A stretch of DNA of 34,707 bases from Proteobacteria bacterium SPGG2. GTDB taxonomy: Bacteria; Pseudomonadota; Gammaproteobacteria; Acidiferrobacterales; SPGG2. A program made the position numbers and the translations under genes. Numbering within the stretch: the first letter of the stretch is position 1; each line of letters opens with the position of its first letter. The stretch spans positions 483-35,189 of the forward strand of contig LXTK01000241.1 of the NCBI GenBank assembly GCA_001643475.1, read 5' to 3'. The notes under the pieces are model-generated. The model ran no database searches and had not been told where the DNA came from. It saw only the letters and a list, made by a program, of their open reading frames with translations. This document shows, in pieces, positions 7,377 through 18,520 of the stretch.

Positions 7377-9035
7377 CTACATCACAGCCTCGATACCGAA
7401 ACCTGCGAAACCATTCTTCTGAAAATTCTCTCGGAACATATGACTGAGCTTGGTCGCCGCCATATCGTACGCATTTTGATCGCCCCACGTATTTCGCGGA
7501 CTCAGAATCTTCGGGTCCAGGCCCGGACAAGATTTGGGCATACGCAGCTTGAATATCGGGTGCACCTCGTACTCCATGCCATCGCTGTGCAAATCACCAC
7601 GCAGACCAGCATCGAGCAATGCTCGTGTGTTCTTTATCGACATGCGGTCAGCCTGGCCGGCCGGACCGCCCGACCACCCCGTATTGAGCAATATACAGCG
7701 CGCGCGGTGGTGCTCCATCTTTTCGTGTAACAATTTGGCGTACACCGATGGCTTGTGGGACATAAACGGGGCGCCGAAACAAGCACTGAATGCCGCCTGC
7801 GGCTCGGTTACGCCGACTTCAGTCCCCGCCAACTTCGCGGTGAAACCTTGCACGAAGTGATACATCACTTCTTTGCCTTCGAGTATCGACACCGGTGGTA
7901 AAACGCCGAAGGCGTCAGCTGTCAACAATACAATCGTCTCGGGATGGCCGCCCTTCGCGTCTTTAGCGACGTTAGGATTGCAGGTCAGTGGGTATGAAAA
8001 GCGCGTGTTCTCGGTGATCGAGCGGTCGGCCAGGTCGAGTTCCTGTGGGTCCGTCTCCGCTAAGGGTTTGTCGGCTAAAGACGGCACATTCTCGATGATG
8101 GTGCCCTCCATCGACAGCGCCGCCGCGATTATCGGCTCCGCCTCTTTGTCAAGATCAATCAGCTTGGCGTAACAGCCGTCTTCAAGATTTGATACCCCGA
8201 GCTCCGTCCAGCCATGCTCATCGTCGCCGATCAATCTGCGCTCGAGATCCGCAGAAAGTGTGGTCTTGCCGGTGCCCGATAATCCGAAAAGGATAGCGGT
8301 GTCGCCGTTCGTACCGATATTGCCTGAACAATGCATGGACAGGAAACCTAGGTTTGGTAACAGAAAGTTCATTACCGTAAAAATAGTCTTCTTCACGACA
8401 CCGCAGTAGTCGGCCCGGCCCGCGACCAAGCAGATCTGGTTACGAAAATCGATGATTACGGCGCGATCCGAGCGGCTACCATCACGAGCGGGTTCACATC
8501 GGAATGATGGTACGTTGAGCATCGTCCAGCGTTTGCGCTCAGCATCATCGACGCCATCAACTTGCTTGGGGAACATGTTGTGCGCAAACATGGCGTGGGT
8601 GGCGTACTCACCCACGAAACGATAGGGCACCGAATAGGTCGCATCGGCGCCGGCATAAACGTCTTGCACATAGAGCGTGGCTCCACGCTCGTTGAGATAA
8701 TGGACTACTCGTTTAAGCAGGCCTTGATACTTTTCGGGATCAAATCTCTTGAAGTTGTCCTTCCACCAAATATCGCCCTCTACTTCCGGCCAGGCGACTG
8801 CGAACGTGTCATTCACGGGTCGACCGGTGCAAGTCGGATCGGTGTAAAACACCAATGGACCCTTTACACCAAGCGCCGTCGCATAAGCCTTTTGTGCCGT
8901 GTCTGGCCCATCGAGGTATACGCGGCCACGGTCGTTCGCGATCGCTTCGTGGAACAGCTGGTCCTTGCCAAGATTGTACTTATAAGTAACGTTCTTTAGC
9001 CCAAGTTTTTGCTCAAGCGCATCGTCAAATTTCAT
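7377..9035 (-). CDS. pckA: Phosphoenolpyruvate carboxykinase (ATP)
   Basis: The peptide starts MKFDDALEQKLGLKN... and carries the kinase-1a motif GLSGTGKTTLS plus ...IGDDEHGW.... The 552-aa length is typical of ATP-PEPCK. The 39-codon upstream extension in the ORF track was rejected. Confidence 0.95.
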   Translation of the reverse strand: MKFDDALEQKLGLKNVTYKYNLGKDQLFHEAIANDRGRVYLDGPDTAQKAYATALGVKGPLVFYTDPTCTGRPVNDTFAVAWPEVEGDIWWKDNFKRFDPEKYQGLLKRVVHYLNERGATLYVQDVYAGADATYSVPYRFVGEYATHAMFAHNMFPKQVDGVDDAERKRWTMLNVPSFRCEPARDGSRSDRAVIIDFRNQICLVAGRADYCGVVKKTIFTVMNFLLPNLGFLSMHCSGNIGTNGDTAILFGLSGTGKTTLSADLERRLIGDDEHGWTELGVSNLEDGCYAKLIDLDKEAEPIIAAALSMEGTIIENVPSLADKPLAETDPQELDLADRSITENTRFSYPLTCNPNVAKDAKGGHPETIVLLTADAFGVLPPVSILEGKEVMYHFVQGFTAKLAGTEVGVTEPQAAFSACFGAPFMSHKPSVYAKLLHEKMEHHRARCILLNTGWSGGPAGQADRMSIKNTRALLDAGLRGDLHSDGMEYEVHPIFKLRMPKSCPGLDPKILSPRNTWGDQNAYDMAATKLSHMFRENFQKNGFAGFGIEAVM

Positions 9036-9162
9036 TCTCAGGCCTCTGTAGAGACAAGCATCCCACGGCGGGCTCTCTCTAAGGGAACCTTGACCACAGG
9101 GGGACCCGTCAAGCATACCCGTGCCTAGGGGGACCCGGCAACCGCCGGCCATATCTAACCGA

Positions 9163-10476
9163 TTAATGTAGCTTTATCTCAGGATTGACACGCCGGCGGA
9201 GCAGGTTGGCCAGTGTTAATAGGGCAACCCGGTACCATCCAAATAGCGCTAGCTGGTGACCCTTGTATAGAGACAGATACACCAGACGCGCGACAACCCC
9301 CTCAATCATCACGCTGCCCCGGAACAGCCGATTCATTAACGTGCCCACGGTGCTGTACTTGCCAAGGGCAACCAGGGACCCGTAATCGCGGTACACATAC
9401 TCGGGTAAGCGCCGACCCGCCAGTTGATTGCGCAACGATTTAACCAGCAGTGAAGCCTGCTGATGGGCGGCCTGTGCCCGCGGTGGTACCAGCTGCCCGT
9501 CACTTTCTCCGAGCGGGCAGGCAGCGCAGTCGCCAAATGCAAAGATGGTTTTATCGCGCGTTGTCTGCAGGGTTGGGCGGACAATTAATTGATTGACGCG
9601 GTTAGTCTCCAGGCCATCGAGGTTATGCAGGAAATCGGGCGCCTTGATGCCGGCGGCCCACACCATGATGCCGCCCGCAACAAATCTATCGCTTTCAGTT
9701 CGCACCCCATCTGGGGTAACGGCAACTACGCGTTCGGCGACGTGTACCGCGATACCGAGACGGGTCAGCTGGGCGTGGGCAGCCATAGACAAACGTGGCG
9801 GCAACACCGGCAAAATCCGATCCGCCGCCTCGATCAAGGTCAACTTGATATCGCGCTCTGGGTCGACTTCATCCAGACCATAGGCCGACAGCTGATGTGT
9901 CGCATAGTGTAACTGTGCCGCTAATTCGCTTCCGGTAGCGCCACCACCGACGATAACAACATGCAATTGGGTGGGGCTTTCCGGTCCACCCAAGCTGTGG
10001 GCACGCAGCAGAGAATCAATAAGGCGCTTCTGAAAATGCACGGCCTGTTCGGTTGTATCTAGGAACAAGCAATGTTCTTGGACCCCGGATACGCCAAAAT
10101 CGTCACAGATGCTGCCAACCGCTAGGACGAGCGTGTCATAACGGAACGTGCGACGCGGAATTATCTCATCACCTTCGTCATTGAAGGTTGGTGCTAACTG
10201 CACTACACGTTCCTTTCGGTCAAGGCGTTCCATACGGCCGAGGAGAAACCGAAAATGATGCCACCGCGCTTGCGCGAGATATTCGAGCTGATCCTCGCCA
10301 ACATCGAGTACTCCCGCGGCCACATCATGGAGTAGTGGTTTCCAGATATGAGTACGGCTTTCGTCGATGAGCGTTATGGCTGCTCGATTCTTACCGATCT
10401 TGTCGCCAAGCCGCGTGGCCAGCTCTAATCCGCCTGCGCCCCCACCCACTATGACAATCTTGTGCTGGTCAGCCAT
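9163..10476 (-). CDS. ndh: Type II NADH:quinone oxidoreductase (NDH-2), FAD-dependent
   Basis: It has an N-terminal KIVIVGGGAGGLELA and a second VVIVGGGATGSELAA dinucleotide fold, plus FAFGDCAA. The 437-aa length fits NDH-2. Confidence 0.9.
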   Translation of the reverse strand: MADQHKIVIVGGGAGGLELATRLGDKIGKNRAAITLIDESRTHIWKPLLHDVAAGVLDVGEDQLEYLAQARWHHFRFLLGRMERLDRKERVVQLAPTFNDEGDEIIPRRTFRYDTLVLAVGSICDDFGVSGVQEHCLFLDTTEQAVHFQKRLIDSLLRAHSLGGPESPTQLHVVIVGGGATGSELAAQLHYATHQLSAYGLDEVDPERDIKLTLIEAADRILPVLPPRLSMAAHAQLTRLGIAVHVAERVVAVTPDGVRTESDRFVAGGIMVWAAGIKAPDFLHNLDGLETNRVNQLIVRPTLQTTRDKTIFAFGDCAACPLGESDGQLVPPRAQAAHQQASLLVKSLRNQLAGRRLPEYVYRDYGSLVALGKYSTVGTLMNRLFRGSVMIEGVVARLVYLSLYKGHQLALFGWYRVALLTLANLLRRRVNPEIKLH

Positions 10477-10620
10477 AACTCACTTGCCGGTTGCAGCGAA
10501 TAGGCTTGGAATACTATAACCCGTCGTCGAGTAATTGAAGGCGAGCGGCCGAAGACGCGCGCACGAAGACCGGCACGAATCGATACGCCAGTTCGTTGCT
10601 AGATTGGATTATCTACCGGA

Positions 10621-11277
10621 CTAGCCGGAGCTGTAACGCCCGTCCGTGATCAGCACAATATCGAACTCGGCCATGAGCTCGCCGACGATTTCCGGGTGTG
10701 GTCGCACCTCAACTATTAAACTGTCACGCGCCCGCTTATCACCGATGCTGTTCAAGATCCAATCGTTCTCGTTCTCGGGCGCACCCGCAACATACATCTG
10801 GGTGACGAGCGGCTGCGTGCCCGGCGCGGTAATGGCGAAATGGATATGCGGCGCACGGCCTGGGTAGGAAACGGGTTTTATGGTTCGAAATCGATAGGCG
10901 CCGTCCGCCCCGGTAGTAAACTCGCCATAGCCCTGAAAGTTCGGATCAAGGGGAACAGACCGATTGTCCCAGGGATGATGATAACGACCGTTGGCGTCAC
11001 ACTGCCAAATCTCTATGCGGGCGCCATCGATCGCCTGCCTGCGCTCATCTAGAACGCGACCGACAACATTGGTGATTTCACCCTTCGCCCGACGCGACTT
11101 GCCGTTAACTACTATAAGGTCATTATCAGAATCCAGTGGAATGCGAACAGGATAGAACGGGCCCCGCGTTTGTCTAGGGGTTAGAGTAAGTTCCGCCGCG
11201 GTTAAGCGAATCGCAGGTAGGACTGCAGCAAAACTCAGCACCGAACCTACGAGCAAACGCCTTCTTTGGTGATCCAT
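10621..11277 (-). CDS. Intradiol ring-cleavage dioxygenase family protein with a twin-arginine signal
   Basis: The peptide begins MDHQRRRLLVGSVLSFAAV (Tat-like) and then has TRGPFYP..., ...IEIWQCDANGRYHH... and ...GRAPHIHF..., the protocatechuate dioxygenase-like motifs. An AAGGA SD lies 4 nt before the ATG at 11277. Confidence 0.8.
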   Translation of the reverse strand: MDHQRRRLLVGSVLSFAAVLPAIRLTAAELTLTPRQTRGPFYPVRIPLDSDNDLIVVNGKSRRAKGEITNVVGRVLDERRQAIDGARIEIWQCDANGRYHHPWDNRSVPLDPNFQGYGEFTTGADGAYRFRTIKPVSYPGRAPHIHFAITAPGTQPLVTQMYVAGAPENENDWILNSIGDKRARDSLIVEVRPHPEIVGELMAEFDIVLITDGRYSSG

Positions 11278-11358
11278 TGTGTCCTTTGCCGATCGGCGTG
11301 ATCCCAACCTATAGGAACACCCCTATTTAAAAACGTTCAACCAGCGCGCCCCTAACTA

Positions 11359-12495
<1,137 letters not shown>

Positions 12496-12556
12496 TCACA
12501 GCCCATAATGATATCGCACGGCCGTTTAGGGTGCGAGGCACCGAAATGTATTATCG

Positions 12557-15049
12557 CTAGACCTCTCTCAGCGTCTTAGCGGGTGGCTGGCGCAGCACCG
12601 AACGGGTGCCCAGCGTCCCCGCAACCCCAATACCGATTGCGCCGCATACCGCGCCTACTAGCCAGACCCAGAGGTTAAGCCGATAGTCAAAATGAAAGAC
12701 AAACTCCGCCAACGCGTAGCCGATAATCGATGCGGCTACCCCCGCTAAAGCGCCGGCAAGCAAACCAAGGGTAACGAATTCTGCCACAAGCCCACGAAGC
12801 AACTGACCACGATGGGCGCCCAAGATACGTAGCACGGCTGTTTCGTAGCGACGCTCATCTTGTGTTGACTGGATGGCTGCATAAAGGACGGCCAACCCCG
12901 CCAACAGCGTAAATATAAACACGTACTCTACGGCCAGACTGACACGTTCCATGATCTGGCGCACCTTTCCAAGCAGGGCATCCACATCTATCACCGTGAC
13001 GTTGGGAAACCGTTCTAGCATCGGGGTAAGGATTCGTCTGCCTTCGGGAGACAGATAAACGCTGGTCACATAAGTGGCTGGATACTCATTCAATACGCCA
13101 GGCGGCAGGATAGTGAAGAAATTAACGTTGAACGTATCCCAATCCACGGTGCGTAAGTTGGTGACCGCTGTGTCAAGTTTGCTACCGGCGATGTCGAATG
13201 TAAGCACATCCCCCAACTTGATGCCCAAGGTCGCCGCAAGCTCTTGCTCGAACGACATCAATGGCTGGCCGTGTTCGTCTGCGCTCCACCATCGGCCGCT
13301 CACCACACGATTGTCGACGCGTAACTGTGCCGCCCAAGAAAGATTGTACTCATGTCGCGCCAAGTGCTGGGCACGCGGGTCGTCGAAGTCTTTGGGCTCT
13401 ACACGTCTGCCATTAATGGAGATAAGCCTTGCGCGCACCATTGGATAAATACCTGCCTTGGCCGTGCCATGTGCCGCGAGAAAATCGCCCAGTGCTTGCA
13501 CTTGATCCGGCTGGATGTTAATCAAAAAATGATTCGGCGCCTCAGGCGGGATCGTTTTCCGCCAACCCTCGAGCAGGTCACCACGTATAAGTGATAACAG
13601 GAGCAGGACCATAATACCTAACCCGAACGCCACGATTTGGGCCATGCTAACGTGAGCCCGGCGTGAGATGTTGGCGAGCCCGAATCTCCAAGCAACGCCG
13701 ACGCGTCCTCGCAAACCGTTCAACAGTTTCACTAATAGGTATGCCGTCATAGCCAACACCACCACGGTGCCAACGGCACCACCTAGCACATACGCCAACA
13801 GCCCTAGATCACGCGCATGCCACGACATCAACCCAGCCATAGTGAGAAAAGCCAAGGCGTAAGTGGCCATGTTACGGGGCACCGGGGTAGTGACCTGTCG
13901 GCGCAACACCCGTGTCGGGGAGACATCCTTTAGTGCTAAAAGGGGCGGTAAAGCAAAACCCATCAGCACTGCCAATCCCAGCGGCAAACCTACTAGCGCA
14001 GGTCGTAATGATGGCAGCGGCAGTTCCGTGGCTACCAGGCCTGCCAATATCAACGCCAATCCTGTCTGGGCGACATAACCGAGCAAGCAACCGAGCAAAC
14101 CCGCCACCAGCCCAATCCAAAACATCTCCCATGCGAATATCTTGATGATGGTCCGCTGGGTGGCGCCGAGACAACGCATGATGGCACTGGTATCCAAATG
14201 ACGTTGCGTATAGCGCCGCGCTGCCATCGCCATGGCAACGCCGGCAAGAAACACGCTCACCAACGAGGCGAGACCTAGAAATCGTTGTGCACGCTCAAGC
14301 GCAGTGCGTAGTTCCGGTCGACCGTCTTCCAAGGTTGCCAAGCGTTCATCCGGATTCAGACGCGAAGTCAACCAACTCCTATAGGCGCGCACACTGTCTT
14401 CCGTACCGGCAACCAACAGCATATGTCGCGCGCGGCTCCCCGGTTGCAGCAATCGAGTAGCCGGAACATCCTCAATATTCATCATTACCCGCGGCGCAAT
14501 GTTGAATAACTCCCCGCCGCGGTCCGGCTCGTAGGTCAAGACTTTGCGAATCAAAAACTCAGCCTCACCTAGGCTGATTACATCGTCAATGTGCACCCTC
14601 AACTTCTGTAACAGATCTGCGTTTACCCATACTTCAGCCCGGCCAGGTGTTACGAGCGTGACGTCATCTGGTGCAAATAACTTGGGGGCAACCCGCAGCG
14701 AACCGCGTAATGGATAATCCGCGCTCACCGCTTTCACCTCGACAAGTTGCATTTTGCCATCTGCGATGACCACACTACGGAAGTTCAAAGTCTGAGCCGT
14801 TTGTAAAGTGCTTGTGCGGGCGTAAGCAAGGCGGTCAGAACCGATAGGGTTGGTTGATGTTAGGACCAAATCCGCCGCCAACAACTCGCCGACTTGTTGT
14901 CCCATGGCCTGCCATGTGCGGTCGGTAAAAAACCCGACCGCCGTCATGCTGGCAACTGCAATTACCACCGCGATAGCAAGGATACGCAATTCGCCAGAAC
15001 GCCAATCGCGCCGTAAGGACCGCAAGGAAAAGGTTAGCGTGTTTATCAC
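12557..15049 (-). CDS. ybbP: FtsX/MacB-type ABC transporter permease (YbbP family)
   Basis: An 830-aa protein with duplicated FtsX-like 4-TM modules and large periplasmic domains. It lies 12 nt downstream of ybbA, giving the classic tesA/ybbA-ybbP synteny. Confidence 0.85.
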   Translation of the reverse strand: MINTLTFSLRSLRRDWRSGELRILAIAVVIAVASMTAVGFFTDRTWQAMGQQVGELLAADLVLTSTNPIGSDRLAYARTSTLQTAQTLNFRSVVIADGKMQLVEVKAVSADYPLRGSLRVAPKLFAPDDVTLVTPGRAEVWVNADLLQKLRVHIDDVISLGEAEFLIRKVLTYEPDRGGELFNIAPRVMMNIEDVPATRLLQPGSRARHMLLVAGTEDSVRAYRSWLTSRLNPDERLATLEDGRPELRTALERAQRFLGLASLVSVFLAGVAMAMAARRYTQRHLDTSAIMRCLGATQRTIIKIFAWEMFWIGLVAGLLGCLLGYVAQTGLALILAGLVATELPLPSLRPALVGLPLGLAVLMGFALPPLLALKDVSPTRVLRRQVTTPVPRNMATYALAFLTMAGLMSWHARDLGLLAYVLGGAVGTVVVLAMTAYLLVKLLNGLRGRVGVAWRFGLANISRRAHVSMAQIVAFGLGIMVLLLLSLIRGDLLEGWRKTIPPEAPNHFLINIQPDQVQALGDFLAAHGTAKAGIYPMVRARLISINGRRVEPKDFDDPRAQHLARHEYNLSWAAQLRVDNRVVSGRWWSADEHGQPLMSFEQELAATLGIKLGDVLTFDIAGSKLDTAVTNLRTVDWDTFNVNFFTILPPGVLNEYPATYVTSVYLSPEGRRILTPMLERFPNVTVIDVDALLGKVRQIMERVSLAVEYVFIFTLLAGLAVLYAAIQSTQDERRYETAVLRILGAHRGQLLRGLVAEFVTLGLLAGALAGVAASIIGYALAEFVFHFDYRLNLWVWLVGAVCGAIGIGVAGTLGTRSVLRQPPAKTLREV

Positions 15050-15061
15050 GAATATGTGATT

Positions 15062-15751
15062 TTAGGCTGCACCGGTAAGACGACCCGCTTCCAGTTCAAC
15101 GAGGCGATGACAGTGATGCGATATGGCACGATCGTGCGTGACTAGGATTAACGTAGTCGCACGTTCACTGTTTAAGGCAAACAGAAGCTCGACAATGCGC
15201 GCGCCGGTGGTCTGATCCAGGTTGCCGGTAGGTTCGTCCGCAAATAACATCCTAGGGTTGCTAGCAAAAGCGCGCGCAATCGCACAGCGCTGCTGTTCAC
15301 CGCCCGAAAGTTGGTTGGGGTAGTGGTGCAAACGCTTGCCTAACCCAACGTGTTGCAAAATGTCGGTAGCCGCCGTTCGCGGTGAACCCTCCCCTACCAG
15401 TTCCATCGGTAACATTACGTTTTCGAGCGCGGTTAGGCTTTGAAGTAACTGAAATGACTGGAATACAAAACCAACGCGACCGGCACGCAAACGTGCGCGC
15501 CCGTCCTCATCTAGGGTGGTCAACTCGATCCCGTCCAGGAATACGCGTCCACCAGTCGGCACATCCAGCCCTGCTAACAGACCTAACAGTGTAGACTTTC
15601 CAGAACCAGACGGGCCGACAATAGCCATCGCCTCCCCAGCATCAATTTTTAGGCTAACGTCATCAAGGATTAGCAGCTCGCCTTCAGGACTGGTAACCTT
15701 TTTGCTCACACGTTGCGCCTCCACCATCGGCGCTGTTGAAGTTTGCGACAT
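15062..15751 (-). CDS. ybbA: ABC transporter ATP-binding protein (YbbA family)
   Basis: It has Walker [10 protein letters not shown], the signature LSGGEQQR and Walker [12 protein letters not shown]. Confidence 0.92.
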   Translation of the reverse strand: MSQTSTAPMVEAQRVSKKVTSPEGELLILDDVSLKIDAGEAMAIVGPSGSGKSTLLGLLAGLDVPTGGRVFLDGIELTTLDEDGRARLRAGRVGFVFQSFQLLQSLTALENVMLPMELVGEGSPRTAATDILQHVGLGKRLHHYPNQLSGGEQQRCAIARAFASNPRMLFADEPTGNLDQTTGARIVELLFALNSERATTLILVTHDRAISHHCHRLVELEAGRLTGAA

Positions 15752-16391
15752 GCTTAGAACACTCCTTGCTTTGATATTTTGCGCCTGGACGGCGCAGGCC
15801 TTGGCAGAAAAACCAGTGATACTGGTGCTGGGTGATAGCCTGAGTGCGGGCTACGGTATTAGCACAAGCAGTGGCTGGGTAGCTCTGTTGCAGCGACGCT
15901 TGGAGCAGCAAGGCTATCCCCAACGCGTGGTCAACGCCAGTATTAGTGGCGACACCACGAGCGGCGGTCTTGCACGCTTACCGCAGGCGCTTGCCCAGCA
16001 CCAACCACAATTGGTGATTCTTGAGCTGGGCGCCAACGATGGTTTACGCGGGCTATCGTTAGAGGAAATGCGACGCAACCTTGTCACCATCATTGATAAA
16101 AGTCGCGAGCAGGGCGCAACATTGCTATTGGTCGGCGTGCGTCTGCCTCCCAACTATGGCGCGCTTTACGTCAAGAAGTTCCACGACGTATATCGCCAGC
16201 TAGCGCAAAAACACAAAGTTGCATTCGTCCCCTATCTGCTGGCCGGAGTTGGTGGCCGTGCCGATCTGATACAAGCAGATGGCCTGCATCCCCGCGCCAA
16301 AGCACAGGGACTGATACTCGATAGCATATGGCCACATTTGTTACCCATCCTAAAGCGTACTGCCACAAAAGACAGCGATAACGGCGCTTAA
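15750..16391 (+). CDS. tesA: GDSL-family arylesterase / acyl-CoA thioesterase I (periplasmic)
   Basis: From the internal ATG at 15750 the peptide has a signal peptide [19 protein letters not shown], then ILVLGDSLSAGYG (the GDSL block), GANDGLRG and a C-terminal DGLHP (the catalytic D..H). The longer ORF from 15516 is antisense to ybbA. Confidence 0.88.
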   Translation: MLRTLLALIFCAWTAQALAEKPVILVLGDSLSAGYGISTSSGWVALLQRRLEQQGYPQRVVNASISGDTTSGGLARLPQALAQHQPQLVILELGANDGLRGLSLEEMRRNLVTIIDKSREQGATLLLVGVRLPPNYGALYVKKFHDVYRQLAQKHKVAFVPYLLAGVGGRADLIQADGLHPRAKAQGLILDSIWPHLLPILKRTATKDSDNGA

Positions 16392-16528
16392 TGGACTCTA
16401 AACCACCAGAATCACAGGGGTTTCGACAGCCTATTTCCATAGATCACACAACATGATAAATACGATATGCGGGGCTTAGTGACTTACGGCCTAAGCAAGA
16501 AACGCCTATTCATACTAGGAGTGTGTCG

Positions 16529-17218
16529 GTGGAAATCGAAGCCATAAGAACCGCGTATCGGCGTTACGCCCGCATATACGATGCCGTGTTTGGGGCTATC
16601 TTGCATCCTGGTCGTAAGCTGATCATTCAGGCACTTAACTTACGACCGGGAGACAATATATTAGAAGTTGGTGTAGGAACCGGTTTGTCGTTACCCCTAT
16701 ACCCCGAGAACGTCAAAGTCACTGGCATCGATATTTCCGGAGAAATGTTGGCCAAAGCCCGCGAGCGTGTACACCAACAGAACTTGGCCCAGGCCGAGGC
16801 AGTTTTGGAAATGGATGCCGAAGATCTGAAATTTCCCGAGAGTACTTTCGATAAAGTCGTGGCGATGTATGTCGTTTCGGTAGTTTCTGATCTCCCTACA
16901 CTTGTCGATGAGATGCGCCGCGTTTGTAAGCCCGGCGGGGAAATGTTTATCGTCAACCACTTTCGCAGTCGTAATGGATTCATCAGGGCCTTAGAAGGTT
17001 TATTTTCACCACTGGCAAAGTTGGTGGGCTTCCACCCCAACCTCGCGTTAGAAGACCTATTGGAACAGACTGGGCTGGATGTTGTGGAGATACGCAGTGC
17101 CAACCTATTCGATTACTGGAAGGTTCTGCGCTGCCGCAGCACGATCAAGCGATCACTGCCAATGGATGTCACTGAGTCGATTGAACACGACTCAACCGTC
17201 CAGGGGGTTTCCAGGTAA
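16529..17218 (+). CDS. Class I SAM-dependent methyltransferase (UbiE/PmtA-like)
   Basis: Motif I is ILEVGVGTGLSL. The post-I motif is GIDISGEML, and KPGGEMFIVNHF is also present. I prefer the GTG at 16529, 7 nt after the AGGAG SD, over the GTG at 16523. Confidence 0.8.
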   Translation: MEIEAIRTAYRRYARIYDAVFGAILHPGRKLIIQALNLRPGDNILEVGVGTGLSLPLYPENVKVTGIDISGEMLAKARERVHQQNLAQAEAVLEMDAEDLKFPESTFDKVVAMYVVSVVSDLPTLVDEMRRVCKPGGEMFIVNHFRSRNGFIRALEGLFSPLAKLVGFHPNLALEDLLEQTGLDVVEIRSANLFDYWKVLRCRSTIKRSLPMDVTESIEHDSTVQGVSR

Positions 17219-17240
17219 GTTAAGGCGGCTCGACTACCAG

Positions 17241-18171
17241 CTACGGCTCGAAGTTGTAGTCATCTTGCAGTAGTGCGGCGCGGGCGGCCGCCAGTCGTGC
17301 GACCGGAACTCTGGGCGCCGAGCAAGAAACATAGTTCAATCCTATGTGATGACAAAATCGAAATATTCCCCGAAGAGCTCGTTTTTCCCGATGCCTAGAT
17401 TTCGCGTGAACGCCGTCCCAGTACCGCTGTCGTCGCCCATATTGCCGAAGACATGGCCACCACGTTAACCGCCGTGCCATTAGCCATGTCTTCGGTGATA
17501 TGAACTCGCGTCAATAGTGCATCGCCCGCTTGCCCATCCATGATCCGAATACCGCCTTAATCGCAACTTCTAGCTGTTCATAAGCATCGTCCGGGAATGG
17601 TTGACCGGTATGCTTTGTAACCACCTCAAGAAAGCGGGCACAAACTTCCTCGAGATCGTTCGCGCTCAGATCTAAATCTACCTGCACTGCTGCACGTTTT
17701 TTTACATTCTCAAGCTGCTCATCGAAATACTCATCCGATACACCCAGTGCGACTTTGCCAATTAGCTGAATGAATCGACGATAAGAATCCAACACAAACC
17801 GGTAATTGCCCGTCTGTTCCGCCAGACAACTCAAGGTGTTCTTGTTTAGGCCGAGGTTGAGCACAGTGTCCATCATGCCGGGTATCGACATTGCTGCGCC
17901 TGAGCGTACGGATACCAAAAGCGGGTTGTCCTTCGCGCCAAATCCCTTCCCGGTAAGACGTTCCACGTCCCTGATGCGCTCCCTCACCGCAGGCATTAAT
18001 CCCTTAAGCAGGCCTTTTCGCTGGTCCGTTAGAGTGCAAGCACGCCTCTGTGGTGATAACAAACCCAGGCGCAACGTTGAGGCCGATCTGGGTCATCTCA
18101 CACAAATTGGCCCCCTTTCCGCCAAGCAAGGCCTTGTTTTTTCCATCGCCTTCGCGGAAGCAATACACATA
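17241..18171 (-). pseudogene. ppdK: Decayed pyruvate, phosphate dikinase gene (frameshifts plus large internal deletion)
   Basis: PPDK N-terminal motifs are spread over several frames. These are [90 protein letters not shown] and [18 protein letters not shown]. The sequence then jumps directly to the extreme C-terminal motif [29 protein letters not shown] followed by a stop. The phospho-His and PEP/pyruvate domains are absent. Confidence 0.8.
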
Positions 18172-18520
18172 CCGACTGGATCCTGCTAACGCTTGTTCCG
18201 GCTCTAGTTAGCGTTGGTGACCCATGGGTTCTCCCAGACGGTGTGCTGGGTTTGTCTAGTTTCGTCTGCTGGATTACTGGTAACTGCGAATTGACAGTGG
18301 CCATCATTAGGCAGCCGTCAGGCGAGTGCATACTATCGCCATGGTTTGAGGCGGCACCCGCACCCGCATTAGACCCCCGCCCACCTGGCACAAGCCGCCG
18401 ACAAAAACTAGCGCTGATTACAACTAATTAGCGTGTGGTTTTACTGGACAGGTTGAATAATATCGTCTAACTTATTGTTTAATAGAACCAAACAGATGAA
18501 ACGCGCGGGAACGGTAACAG

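Noticed and set aside
9036-9152. A 39-codon N-terminal extension of pckA in the ORF track.
   Set aside because: The extension (MAGGCRVPLGTG...) is Gly/Pro/Arg-rich junk. The canonical PEPCK N-terminus begins at the ATG at 9035.
15516-15749. A 78-codon upstream extension of tesA.
   Set aside because: It is antisense to the conserved Walker A region of ybbA. The signal peptide and GDSL domain start at the ATG at 15750.
18098-18391. A 97-aa minus-strand ORF upstream of the PPDK fragment.
   Set aside because: Its 3' part is an out-of-frame reading of the ppdK N-terminal relic, and the rest is low-complexity sequence.
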